From Octopus sinensis (taxonomy: Eukaryota), in the NCBI RefSeq assembly GCF_006345805.1, contig NC_043023.1, forward strand, positions 19,220,001 through 19,284,000: a DNA stretch of 64,000 nucleotides. The letters are read 5' to 3'. Below are positions 38,366 through 51,975 of the stretch, piece after piece; within the stretch, counting starts at the first letter, position 1; every line of letters begins with the position of its first letter. The notes under the pieces were generated by a model that made no database searches, had not been told where the DNA came from, and saw only the letters and a list, made by a program, of their open reading frames with translations. The position numbers and the translations under genes were made by a program.

Positions 38366-39063
38366 TATATATATAAATAACATCATATTTAAATAACCAT
38401 GTTTGTTTTTGAAGTGTTGAAATGTTTTGTAGCACAAGAAAAAAGATATATTTTTTCAACGCATAAGTACTGTCAGAACAGCATAAATAGGATAAAATCC
38501 TTACAGAGCAGAAAAATCTGTCAGCATCTAGTCTTATGACTGGTTGCTGATAGATTTTTCTGCTCTGTAAGGATTTTAACCTATAAAAGCTGTTCTGTCT
38601 GTTGTTCGTGTTGAAAAGAATATCTTTCTACTAGTTCTATAAGTAATAATTAATTTGAATAATTTTAAATTTAAATAAATTTTAACGATTATAAGGGTGT
38701 CTATTTACTCCTGTTAAGTCACTTTGCTCTTTTACATGTTTCAGTCATTTGACTGCGGCCATGCTGGAGCACCGCCTTTAGTTGAGCAAATTGACCCCAG
38801 GACTTACTCTTTGTAAGCCTAGTACTTATTCTATCGGTATCTTTTGCCGAATCGCTAAGTTTATTCTTTTACTTGTTTCAGTCATTTGACTGCGGCCATG
38901 CTGGAGCACCGCCTTTAGTTGAGCAAATTGACCCCAGGACTTACTCTTTGTAAGCCTAGTACTTATTCTATCGGTATCTTTTGCCGAACCACTAAGTTAC
39001 GGGGACGTAAACACACCAGCATCGGTTGTCAAGCGATGTTGGGGAGACAAACACAGACACAAA

Positions 39064-39110
<47 letters not shown>

Positions 39111-39955
39111 ACATATATACATATATACGACAGGCTTCTTTCAGTTTTCATCTACCAAATCCACTCACAAGACTTTGGTCAGCCCGAGGCTACAGTAGAA
39201 GACACTTGCCCAAGGTGCCACGTAGTGGGACTGAACCCGGGAATATGTGGTTGGCAAGCAAGCTACTTACCACACAGCCACTCCTATGCCTCTCTTCTGT
39301 GTACATATATCACCTAAATAAATAAAAATGTCAGGAAAATATTCAATAAATTCAGACAAAAGAATTAACTGATGATCAAATGAGAAGTTTCCTAAATAAC
39401 TCCTGCATTGTACTATGAAGTGTCACAATCGACAGGGCCTGAGAACTGGGCCAGGGCCTGAGAACTGGGCCAGGGCCTACAGGCAGAGACTGGTTTCTTG
39501 TTTGACCATTGAATAAGTGAAAAATGAGGACAAGTTGAAGGCACAGGAGTGGCTTACCAACTACATGGTTCCGGGTTCAGCCCCACTGCGTGGCACCTTG
39601 GGCAAGTGTCTTCTATTATAGCCTCGGGCCGACCGAAGCCTTGTGGGTGGATTTGGAAGACAGAAACTGAAAGAAGCTCATCGTATATATGTGTATATAT
39701 ATATATATATATAATATATATATATATATTATATATATATAGGCGTAGGGGTGGGGAGGTGGTAAGTAGCTTGTTTACCAACTACATGGTTCCAGGTTCA
39801 GTCCCACTGTGTAGCACCTTGAGCAAGTGTCTTCTACTCTAGCCTCGGGCCGACCGAAGCCTTGTGAGTGGATATATATATATAAAAATATTGGGATGGT
39901 ATTATTAAAATACCATCACAAGTGGTACGAATTATCAGCCGTACATATATATATA

Positions 39956-39989
<34 letters not shown>

Positions 39990-40293
39990 TGTAATATATA
40001 ATATATATAATATATATATATAATATATATATACATATATTATATATATACATTATATATATACAGTATGTATATATACTGTATATACATATACTCTTTT
40101 ACATGCTTCAGTCATTTGACTGTGGCCATGCTGGAGCACCGCCTTTAGTCGAGCAATTGACCCCGGGACTCATTCTTGTAAGACCAGCACTTATTCTATC
40201 GGTCTCTCTTTTTCCAAACCGCTAAGTTACGGGGACGTAAACACACCAGCATCGGTGTCAAGCAATGCTAGGGGACAAACACAGACACACAAC

Positions 40294-40327
<34 letters not shown>

Positions 40328-40996
40328 ATATATATATAATATATATAATATATATATATATAAACATAGGGATGGTATTATTAAAATACCATCACAAGTG
40401 GTAAGTGAATTATCAGCCGTACATATATATATATATGCGGCGAGCTGGCAGAAACGTTAGCACGCCGGGCGAAATGCTTAGCGGTATTTCATCTGCTGCT
40501 ATGTTCTGAGTTCAAATTCCACCGAGGTCGACTTTGCCTTTCATCCTTTCGGGGTCAATAAATTAAGTACCATTAAGTGTCCTTGTTTGTGCCCTCTGTG
40601 TTTTTGCCCCTTGTGGGTAGTAAAGAAATATATATATATATATTAATCAATATAAGGGTAGCAAAAAAATTCAAGAAAAATTCAAGAAAAAATTTTCTGC
40701 AACCAGCGGTCAAGTGAGAAAATAGAAATAGTCACAGACTATATAATATATTCAACAAAAGTATTAAGGAATGACCCTGACAGGTCGTTCAACTCACCTG
40801 AAAAGAGCAGCTAAACTCAAACCGCAAAAATAGTAGTAATTCTGAAAACTAAAGGAGAAATAAAATGAAAGGGATAAATGTTTTTATTTCTCCTTTAGTT
40901 TTCAGAATTACTACTATTTATGCGGTTTGAGTTTAGCTGCTCTTTTCAGGTGAGTTGAACGACCTGTCAGGGTCATTCCTTAATACTTTTGTTGAT

Positions 40997-41058
<62 letters not shown>

Positions 41059-41214
41059 TATGTATATATAAGTTAATTAGAGGCTATATTAACTTCTTAA
41101 TGGGATGATTACATTATATATGCATATAGGCATAGCTGTGTGGTAAGAAGCTTGCTTCCCAACCACATGGTTCTGGGTTCACTCTCACTGCATGGCACCT
41201 CGGGCCAACCAAGT

Positions 41215-42310
41215 CTGAATAAAAGATGTGATGGTCACAGCTGGAACGTCTTTGACCATAGGTCTTTCTGGATCAGGCCTGACCTGGGGCTAAACAACAA
41301 CTATAGCTACTAATACTAACTACTATACTATACATTAGATAATGTAGTCCTAGATACACTATGCCTGAATATAAGATGGGATGGTCACAGCTGGAACATC
41401 TTTGACCATAGGTCAGTCTTAATCAGGCCTGACCTGGGGTTAAACAACAACAACAATAACTATAGCCTCCAATCTTAACTACTATACTGTACAATAGATA
41501 ATATAGTCCTAGATACACCATTCCTGAATAAAAGATGGGATGGTCACAGTAGGAATGTCTTTGATCATATGTCTGTCTGCATCAGGAGTGACCTGGGGCT
41601 AAACAACAACAACTATAGCCACCAATACTAACTACAATACATTAGATAATGTAGTCCTAGATACACTAGGTCTGAATAAAAGATGGGATGGTCACAGCTG
41701 GAACATCTTTGACCATAGGCCAGTCTTCATCAGGCCTGACCTGGGGCTAAACAACAGCTATAACCACTAATACTAACTACTATACTATACATTAGATAAT
41801 GCAGTTCTAGATACACTAGATCTGAATAAAATGCGATGGTCACAGATGGAATGTCTGGATCAGGCCTGACCTGGGGCTAAACAACAACAGCTATAGCCAC
41901 TAATACTAACTACTATACTATACATTAGATAACGTAGTCCTAGATACACTATGCCTGAATGAAAGATGGGATGGTCACAGTTGGAACATCTTTGATCATA
42001 GGTCTGTCTTGATCAGGACTGACCTTGGGCTAAACAACAATAACTATAGCCACTAATACTAACTACTATACATTAGATAATGTAGTCCTAGATACACTGT
42101 GCCTGAATAAAAGATGGGATGGTCAGAGCTGGAACGTCTTTGATCATAGGTCTGTTTTGATCAGGACTGACCTTGGGCTAAACAACAATAACTATAGCCA
42201 CTAATACTAACTACTATACATTAGATAATGTAGTCCTAGATACACTATGCCTGAATGAAAGATGGGATGGTCACAGTTGGAACATCTTTGATCATAGGTC
42301 TTAAACAACA
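41215..42310 (+). repeat. Tandem array of ~150-bp units (about 8 copies)
   Basis: aaagatgggatggtcacagctggaac...gacctggggctaaacaacaac...tagatacac recurs near 41220, 41373, 41530, 41680, 41830, 41962, 42110 and 42259. Confidence 0.95.
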
Positions 42311-43184
42311 ACTATAACGAATTATGCAGTAATTAAATATTTAACGAAGTCATTTGATTTCAATCTTGGCAAAGAAACAGTTTCAACAGCAATTAATCCA
42401 GGTTGCGTGACTTGAAGAAGCGGCAAAGAGAGTAGAAACAGGTTGGGTTTCTTTTCTCTCCGATTTCATGGTTGGGTGGTTTGCCGGGTTTTGTGATGTG
42501 TGGAGGATCTAATGAAGTGTTTAGAGACGAGAAAAAAAAGAAAAGGAAGGGGGGAAAAAACTGGAACAGACGAAAAACACGGGGGGGGGGCGGGAAATGT
42601 CACCAGTAAAAAATGCTTTGAAGAGAATAGAAAGAAAAACGTTAACGAGTGTCATGTGATGTAATGTTGATGCATGTGTGTGTGTCTGTGTGTGTGTGTG
42701 TGTGTTTCTGTGTGTGTGTGTGTGTTTGTGTGTGTTTTTTGTAAAGATATATATATATATATATATAAAGACATATATAAAGGTATATATACATATATGC
42801 ATATATGTACATATTTACATATATATCTGTGTATATACATGTGTGTGTGTATGTATGCATATATATATATACACACGTTTGTATCATACATGCACATATA
42901 TATATATGCATATATTTACATATATATATATATATATCTGTGTATATACATGTGTGCGTGTATGTATATATATATATATATATACACATACACACACACA
43001 CACACATATATATTACATACACACACGCACACACACATGTATATGTATATACATACACACACACATATATACACACACACACACACACATATATATACAT
43101 ACACACACACACATATATATATATACATACACACACACACATATATATATACATGCACACACACATATATATATATACATACAT

Positions 43185-43215
<31 letters not shown>

Positions 43216-44159
43216 CATACACACACACACACACATATATATATTGAGAAAAGAGGTCACCAGAATTTTGGGAAGGAAATTTTTTTTTATTTAGTCATTA
43301 TTATTAGAGATTTTACTTGTCTTCGAACTTGTCAAATAAAATTTTTTCTGAATGTACAAACAGGTTGTTTATTTATATATATAACAGATGCCTTTTTTTT
43401 TTTTTTCGTTTGGAAGAGGAGAATATTCTTTTTGTTTCATATATATATATATATATATTATATATACATATATATATATATATATACATATATATATACA
43501 TATGCTCTTTTACTTGTTTCAGTCATTTGACTGCGGCCATGCTGGAGCACCACCTTTAGTCAAGCAAATCGACCCCGGGACTTATTCTTTGTAAGCCCAG
43601 TACTTATTCTATCGGTCTCTTTTGCTGAACCGCTAAGTGACGGGGACGTAAACACACCAGCATCGGTCGAGCAATGCTAGGGGGACAAACACAGACACAC
43701 AACCCCCTCCACACACACACACATATATATATATATACATATATACGACAGGCTTCTTTCAGTTTCCATCTACCAAATCCACTCACAAGGCATTGGTCGG
43801 CCCGTGGCTATAGCAGAAGACACTTGCCCAAGATCCCACGCAGTGGGACTGAACCCGGAACCATGTGGTTGGTTAGCAAGCTACTTACCACACAGCCACT
43901 CCTGCATATATATATACACTCACATACAATTGGTCTCTTATAGCGTCCGTCTACAGAATCCACTTACATGGCTTTGGTTGACTCAAGACTATAGTAAAGC
44001 CTCTTGCCCAAGGTGTCACACAGTAGGACGGAACCCAGAACCATGTAGTTGGGAATCAAGTTTCTTACCACACACACACACACTCACACATACGTTTCCT
44101 TGCATCACCGGTCTGAAACCCCTATCTTGCCCAGGATATTAATCGTCTGGAAGCCGTTC

Positions 44160-44625
44160 AGCGACGTGCAACCAAGAGAATAGCCTCCATCAGGCATTTG
44201 CCATATTCTCTAACGCCTTACTTCTTCCCTGGGCATGGACACATTGAAACTCCTACGACTGGCAGCTGACTTGGCAGACACCCATAGAATTATTAACCCT
44301 CTTACAAACAATAACTCTGAGCACCTTTTCAAACTCCACCCATCTAACACCCGTGGACATATTTACAAAGTAAGAAAACAGCACAGCTCCTTCCATGGCT
44401 TTTGGAAACATTTTTTCACGCTGAGAGTTGCTGAAGCATGGAACAAACTGCCGGCATCAGTTGTTAGTTGTCGGAGCACTGCATCCTTCAAAACTTCCAT
44501 GCTTCCTGAGATTCACCAACACTACACTTGATTTTCTCCCCTCCATACACACACAAGCATCTATCTGACTCATACATTGTTCGCTTTCCAGACATTTCTA
44601 TATTACTGCATGTACTTTATACTGT
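44160..44625 (+). mobile_element. CR1-clade LINE 3' end; its terminal tail resumes at 45370-45440 after a SINE insertion
   Basis: SNTRGHIYKVRKQHSS...KHFFTLRVAEAWNKLPASVVSCRSTASFKTSMLPEIHQHYT. Confidence 0.8.
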
Positions 44626-46161
44626 TACTCTTTACTCTTTTACTTGCTTCAGTCATTTGACTGTGGCCATGCTGGAGCGCCACCTTTAGTCGAGCAAATC
44701 GACCCCAGGACTTATTCTTTGTAAGCCCAGTACTCATTCTATCGGTCACTTTTGCCGAACCGCTAAGTGACGGGGACGTAAACACACCAGCATCAGTTGT
44801 CAAGCAATGCTAGGGGGACAAACACAGACACACAAACACATACACACACACTTATATATATATACATATATACGACAGGCTTCTTTCAGTTTCCGTCTAC
44901 CAAATCCACTCACAAGGCTTTGGTCGGCCCGGGGCTATAGCAGAAGACACTTGCCCAAGATGCCACGCAGTGGGACTGAACCCGGAACCATGTGGTTGGT
45001 AAACAAGCTACTTACCACACAGCCACTCCTGCGCCTATAATATATACGACAGGCTTCTTTCAGTTTCCGTCTACCAAATCCACTCACAAGGCATTGGTTG
45101 GCCCGGGGCTATAGCAGAAGACACTTGCCCAAGATGCCACGCAGTGGGACTGAACCCGGAACCATGTGGTTGGTAAACAAGCTACTTACCACACAGCCAC
45201 TCCTGCGCCTATAATATATACGACAGGCTTCTTTCAGTTTCCGTCTACCAAATCCACTCACAAGGCATTGGTTGGCCCGGGGCTATAGCAGAAGACACTT
45301 GCCCAAGATGCCACGCAGTGGGACTGAACCCGGAACCATGTGGTTGGTTAGCAAGCTACGTACCACACAACCACTCCTATATGCACCATCTGACAAGTTG
45401 TGGTGCACCTGAGCACTGTATACAATTAATTTCATTATCATCATTATCATTATATATCAACCTATTACGTAACCTTTTTCGCCAGCACTCAACGACTGAC
45501 ATCTTATCTGGAGATAAAATCATCCGAGTGTTGTGAGGCGATGGACCAGAAACAGGTGATCTAGTGTATCACCATTTACATTAGGGTTATCTATAGAGCA
45601 CTTTGTGCCCCCAAGATATTCCATACTCAATAAGGGACGGAGGGTGTTCATGTGATTGTTGCTGTGGTTGATGAATGATTGGCTCGTGTATCGTTAGAAT
45701 CAACAACTTTTTTGTCTTTTAGTTTTTTTGGGGTTTTTTTTGTTTCAGTCTTCCATATCAACAACACACACACATATGCACACACACACACACGAACCAC
45801 ATGGTTCCAGGTTCAGTCCCACTGCGTGGCACCTTGGACAAGTGTCTTCTGCTATAGCCTCGGGCCGACCAAAGCTTTGTGAGTCGATTTGGTTGACGGA
45901 AACTGAAAGAAGCCCGTCGTATATATGTATATGTATATGTGTGTGTGTGTTTGTGTGTCTGCGTTTGTCACCCCAACATCGCTTGACAACCTGGTGTGTT
46001 TACGTCCCTGTAACTTAATGGTTCGGCAAAAATAAACCGATAGAATAAGTACTAGGATTACAAAGAATAAGTCCTGGGGTCGATTTGCTCGACTAAAGGT
46101 GGTGCTCCAGCATAGCCACAGTCACATGAAACAAGTAAAAAGTAAAAGTAAAAAGTAAAAG

Positions 46162-46243
<82 letters not shown>

Positions 46244-46601
46244 GTGTGGGTATATGTTTGTGTGTCTGTGTTTGTGGCCCCAACATCGCTTGACAACCGA
46301 TGCTGGTGTGTTTACGTCCCCGTAACTTAGTGGTTCGGCAAAAGACACCGATAGAATAAGTACTAGGCTCACAAGGGAATAAGTCTTGTGGTCGATTTGC
46401 TCAACTATGCATCACTTGCAAATTTACATCTTCTATGATAATTAAAGGCTAACGACCTCCACAATAATCAGCCTTCAATTTGATAAATCGGAAACATAGC
46501 TTGCCATGTTATTCATAAACATTCTCTGCAGTTCAATTATTTGATGAAAAATTTACCACCAAAGCAATTTAAAACATTCAAAGGATGGGTGCGCCTGCTA
46601 G

Positions 46602-46632
<31 letters not shown>

Positions 46633-47331
46633 ATATTATATATGACAGTCTTCTTTCAGATTTCGCGTGTACCAAATCCGGTCACAAAGCTTTGATCGAC
46701 CTGAGGCTATGTGCATATAATAGCAGTGTGGCTGAACTATCAATTACAGAAGAGTTTCTTGGGTGTAGGACATGTCTTACCCACAATACACAACATGCAC
46801 ACAGACACACCAGACACACACACACACATCCAATTGTTCCCTGCTTTGACCATACCGGCAACACCGGTGTTATGCAGTCAGGTGATTACAAGTGTATTCA
46901 TCATGATAGGGTGTATATATATAATAAGGTTATATATATATATATATATTATATATATTATATAATACAATTGTTCGTTTGTTTTCCACCTGCCTTCGTT
47001 TTTGTTTATTTTCATAAAGCTTCCCGATATATATATATATATATAGGTGTATATGTGACTATGTATTTATGTATGTATGTATGTATGTGTATGCGTATGT
47101 ATGTATCTTTGTATGTATGAATGTATGTATGTGTGTGTGTATGTGTGTGTGTATGTATGTGTGTGTGTATGTATGTATGTATGAATGTATGTATTTATGT
47201 ATGTATGTATGTGTGTATGTATGTATGTGTGTATGTATGTATGTATGTATGTATGTATTTGTGTATGTATGTATGTATGTATGTGAGTGTGTATGTATGT
47301 ATGTGTGTGTATGTATGTATATATATGTATG

Positions 47332-47362
<31 letters not shown>

Positions 47363-47798
47363 ACAGTCTTTATTTGCATATACAACTATAACTATACACA
47401 TACGTATAATATATATAAATGTGTGTGTGTGTGTGCTTGTGGATATATTTATAAGCACAGGTGTGACGAAGGAACGTGGCTTTGTGGTTAGGGCATGCAG
47501 CTCATAGTTGTAAGGCCGTGAGTTCAATTCCTAGTGGTATGCTGTGTTCTTGAGCAAGTCCCTTTATTTCACATTGCTCTGCTCCACTCAGCTGGCAAAA
47601 ATGGAGCTAGCTGTACCTGTAATTCGAAAGGGCCAGCCTTGTCACATTGTGTCGTGCTGAATCTCCTTGAGATTTGAATTAAGGGTAGACGTGTCTGTGG
47701 AGTACTCAGCCACTTGTATGTTAATTTCATGTATGTATATTACTATATATATATAGATATATCTATGAATATATTTGAATATATTTATGATAATATAC

Positions 47799-47840
<42 letters not shown>

Positions 47841-48701
47841 ATATATAGGAGCGCAGGAGTGGCTGTGTGTAAGTAGCTTGCTAACCAACCACATGTTCCG
47901 GGTTCAGTCCCACTGCGTGGCACCTTGGGGAAATGTCTTCTGCTATAGCCTCGGGCCGACCAATGCCTTGTGAGTGGATTTGGTAGACGAAACTGAAGAA
48001 GCCTGTCGTATATATGTATATATATATATTATATGTATGTTGTGTGGTGTTTGTGTCTCTCTGTGTTTGTCCCCCACGCATTGCTTGACAATCGATGCTG
48101 GTGTGTTTATGTCCCCGTCACTTAGCGGTTCGGCAAAAGAGACCGATAGAATAAGTACTGGGCTTACAAAGAATAAGTCCCGGGGTCGATTTGCTCGACT
48201 AAAAAGGTGGTGCTCCAGCATGGCCGCAGTCAACTGACTGAAATAAGTAAAAGAGTAAAGAGTAAAGAGTAATATATATATATAAATAAGTATAAGATCA
48301 TCATCATCATCATCAGCATCGTTTAGCGTCCGCTTTCCATGCTGGCATGGGTTGGACGGTTCGACTGGGGTCTGAGAAACAGGAGGCTGCACCAGGCCCA
48401 GTCTGATCTGGCAGAGTTTCTACAGCTGGATGCCCTTCCTAACGCCAACCACTCCATGAGTGTAGTGGGTGCTTTTTACATGCCACCTGCACAGGTGCCA
48501 GGGGAGGCTGGCAGCTGCCACAATCGGTTGGTGCTTTTTACGTGCCACCGGCATGGAAGCCAGTCAGGGCGGCGCTGGCACCAGCCACGATTCGGATGGT
48601 GCTTTTTACGTGCCACCGGCACGGAACCCAGTCGTTAATTTAAAATAAAATAACGATTTTATCAAGTGGCCAGCATAGAAAAAATATTAAAAAATATTAA
48701 A

Positions 48702-48857
48702 AGCAATCATCCAAAGTTAATTACTAATTGTTTCGTTAAAAATATAGAAAAAAGATTTAATTATCTCTCTTACAATGAGGAGATCTTTTCTGAAAATAAA
48801 TAATTATACAGCTTTGCATTGGAAAAGGCAGGATATAAACAGAAAATTAAATACAAC
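48702..48857 (+). mobile_element. Penelope-like ORF remnant
   Basis: SNHPKLITNCFVKNIEKRFNYLSYNEEIFSENK*LYSFALEKAGYKQKIKYN resembles the SNHP...RLS..S.NEE.F.....Y..AL.KSGY segment of PLE ORFs (recalled motif). One in-frame stop. Confidence 0.55.
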
Positions 48858-48929
48858 AGACACATTGTTATTAATATGAGTATAGATCAAGACAAAAGAA
48901 AATATAATAATAATAAGGCGTAGGAGGGG

Positions 48930-49756
48930 CTGTGTTTTAATTTAATGCATGTGCATTGCTTGTTTTGATTTGATTTTGTCAACTACAAAGTATAGTAGGG
49001 TCAGTTGGGCACTGTATGTGAGAGAAACAGCACCATGTTGCAATTCACTCTGCCAGAAATTTGGAAATGACAAGCTGTATAGCTTGATATTCATGCTGGA
49101 AGCTCCAATACAAGCATTTCAGAGTGTTTGGGTGTCAGTCTGAGGACATGTACAGAGAGTGATAAAAATCAAACATCCAGTCAACATCATGGTGTTTGGA
49201 GTGATCGCTAGTGATGGTGACGTTATGCCTCCATTCATATCTCCACGCGGCCTCAGACGCAACAAGGAGGCCTACATCAAATGCCTGGAGGAGGTAGTGC
49301 TGCCCTGGGTCAAGAGAGTGGCTCGTCGAACGCCCTATGTCTAGCAGCAGGACCCTGCTCCATTCATGGCTGTCAAACAATTTCTGCAACCACACAACCC
49401 CTAACATCTGGCCACCTAACTCCCCAGACTGCAGACCCCTCGATTATTATGTGTGGGGCACAGTTGAGCGAGAGACCGACAAAACTCCTTGTATCACCAA
49501 AGATGAACTGAAGGCAAGGATTATGGCAGCATTCACCAACTTAAACAAGGAGACCATCCAGAAGAATTGCAGGAGATTCCAAAGTCGTCTGAAAGCTGTG
49601 ATCGAAGCCAATGGCAATTTTATTGAATGAATTTACTCTTTAGTATTTCAAAATATTTTTTATGTAATTTTGATAAATATATCTGTTAAAATGAGATCTT
49701 AGTGTTCTTTTCCTTTTTGTGTAATGCAGACAACAGTTTGTTTGCCACACCCTGTA
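48930..49756 (+). mobile_element. Internally deleted IS630-Tc1-mariner element, maT/DD37D-like
   Basis: MVFGVIASDG.VMPPF, QQD.AP and WPPNSPDCRPLDYYVW..VE motifs (third catalytic residue is D). Right end ...caccctgta. Family assignment is inference because a deletion removes part of the spacer. Confidence 0.75.
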
Positions 49757-49760
49757 GTAT

Positions 49761-49858
<98 letters not shown>

Positions 49859-50479
49859 TAGGTAGGTAGGTAGGTAGGTCGGTAGGTAGATAGATAGTTA
49901 GACAGACAGACAGATAGATAGACAGACAGACAGACAGATAGATAGATAGATAGATATAGATAGATAGATATACACACACCCATACATACATGCATGCACA
50001 CACACACACATGATGTAATTCTGTAAGTGGTTCGATGTGCCAAGCCTGCTTTGGCTTTGTGAAATGATATTTCTCATAGAAACTCATTGAAATGCAAAAT
50101 TAATTTCATTCTCACAGGTTCACACAAAAGCACCCATATATGGTTGTTGTTGTTGTTGTTATTGTTATTGGTTATTGTTGATGTGGTTGTTCTCAATCGT
50201 TTAAACAGCAGAAAGGAAATATGTGAACAACTGCTTCTTTCCTCTGCTTGCCTGTCTGAATAGAGAAAGAGGTCATTGTTACAAATATGGTGATGGGTCA
50301 GCAAGTGAGTTATGAGTAACGTGTTGAGTGTTTGTTTGTTTGTGTCTGTATACATAAACATCAACATTTAACACCTGGCTTCCAAGCTGGTATGTGTGGG
50401 ATGGTTTAATAGGAGCTGCTAAGCCTCGAGACTTTGCCGAACTTGTGTGCCTTGACATGGTTTTTTTACAGTTGGATAT

Positions 50480-50840
50480 CTTTCCTAATGCCAACCACTC
50501 TACAGAGTGTACTGGGTGCTTCTTATGTGGCACCAGCACCAGTGAGGTCTGCTTAAGTAGGTTTCTATGGCTGAATGCCCTTCCTAATGCCAACCACTCT
50601 ACAGAGTGTACTGGGTGCTTCTTATGTGGCACCAGCACCAGTGAGGTCTGCTTAAGTAGGTTTCTATGGCTGAATGCCCTTCCTAATGCCAACCACTCTA
50701 CAGAGTGTACTGGGTGCTTCTTATGTGGCACCAGCACCAGTGAGGTCTGCTTTGGTATGGTTTCTATGGCTGAATGCCCTTCCTAATGCCAACCACTCTA
50801 CAGAGTGTGCTGGGTGCTTCTTATGTGGCACCAGCACCAG
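50480..50840. repeat. ~99-bp tandem repeat (about 3.6 copies) derived from a diverged RTE tail
   Basis: cctaatgccaaccactctacagagtg at 50484, 50583, 50682 and 50782. Confidence 0.9.
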
Positions 50841-51177
50841 TTTACAGTAAGAACAATTGACTTCTGTCATTCAGATTCAAAATGGCTGATGACTAGCATC
50901 ACACTTGAAACTCAAGAGTACCACCGAATTTGAATCAAACTGTTTTGATCCATATATGTGTATGTGTGTGTGTGTGTGTGTGGTACCACATAAGAAGCAC
51001 CTAGTACACCCTGTAAAGTGCCTAGTATTAGGAAGGACATCCAGCCATAGAAAGCATGTCAAAACAGACTAAATTGGTGCAGCCCCTAGCTTTGACAATT
51101 CCTGTCAAGTGATTCAACTCATGGCGTCAGGAAAAATGGACAGTAAATGATAATGATGGTGATATATATATATATAT

Positions 51178-51765
51178 CATCATCATCATCGTTTAACGTC
51201 CGTTTTCCATGCTAGCATGGGTTGGACGGTTCAACCGGGGTCTGGGAAGCCAGAAGGCTGCACCAGGCTCCACTCTGATCTGGCAGAGTTTCTACAGCTG
51301 GATGCTCTTCCTAACGCCAACCACTCCGTGAGTGTAGTGGGTGTTTTCCACATGCCACCGGCACAGGTGCCAGGGGAGTCTGGCAGTGGCCACAATCGGT
51401 TGGTGCTTTTAACGTGCCACCGGAATGGAAGCCAGTCAAGGCGGTGCTGGCATCAGCCACGTTCGGATGGTGCTTTTTATGTGTCACTGGCACAGGTATC
51501 ACAACTACTATTTCCATTGATATTTATTTCGATGTTCATGTACTTAACTTAATAGGTCTCATCAAGCACAGCGGGTTGTTCTGAAATCCAAGGTACTTTG
51601 AATGGGCAGGGGCTATGCGGGACTGGTGCAGGAAGCAGCCCGGGTCTTTGCAGTCACAGCATATCTCCAGAGATCTCGGTCCTTCGTCATTGCCTCTGTG
51701 AAGCCCAACACTCTGAGGTCATGCTTGACTACCTCGTCCCATGTCTTCCTGGGTCTACCTCTCCC
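51178..51765 (-). mobile_element. 5'-truncated RTE-clade LINE (ORF C-terminus, 3' UTR and (GAT)n tail)
   Basis: 51765-51613 reads GRGRPRKTWDEVVKHDLRVLGFTEAMTKDRDLWRYAV...*, continuing into the ~60-bp minisatellite and the ggttggcgttaggaag...gttaaacgatgatgat tail. Confidence 0.8.
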
Positions 51766-51975
51766 ATATATCATCATCTTCGTTTAATGTCCGTTTTCCA
51801 TGCTAGCATGGGTTGGACGGTTCGACTAGGATCTGGGAAGCCAGAAGGCTGCACCAGGCTCCAGTCTGATCTGGCAGTGTTTCTACAGCTGGATGCCCTT
51901 CCTAACGCCAACCACTCCGTGAGTGTAGAGGGTGCTTTTTACATGCCACCGGCACATGTATCACATACCTTTAAC

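Noticed and set aside
41720-41760. CTGATGA on the minus strand in one satellite unit as a hammerhead
   Set aside because: The other units read CTGATCA or CTGATTA, and there is no GAAA or stem III.
41215-42310. Regularly spaced repeats (also 19150-19450, 50480-50840) as a CRISPR-like array
   Set aside because: The spacers are themselves repeated, the DNA is eukaryotic and there are no cas genes.
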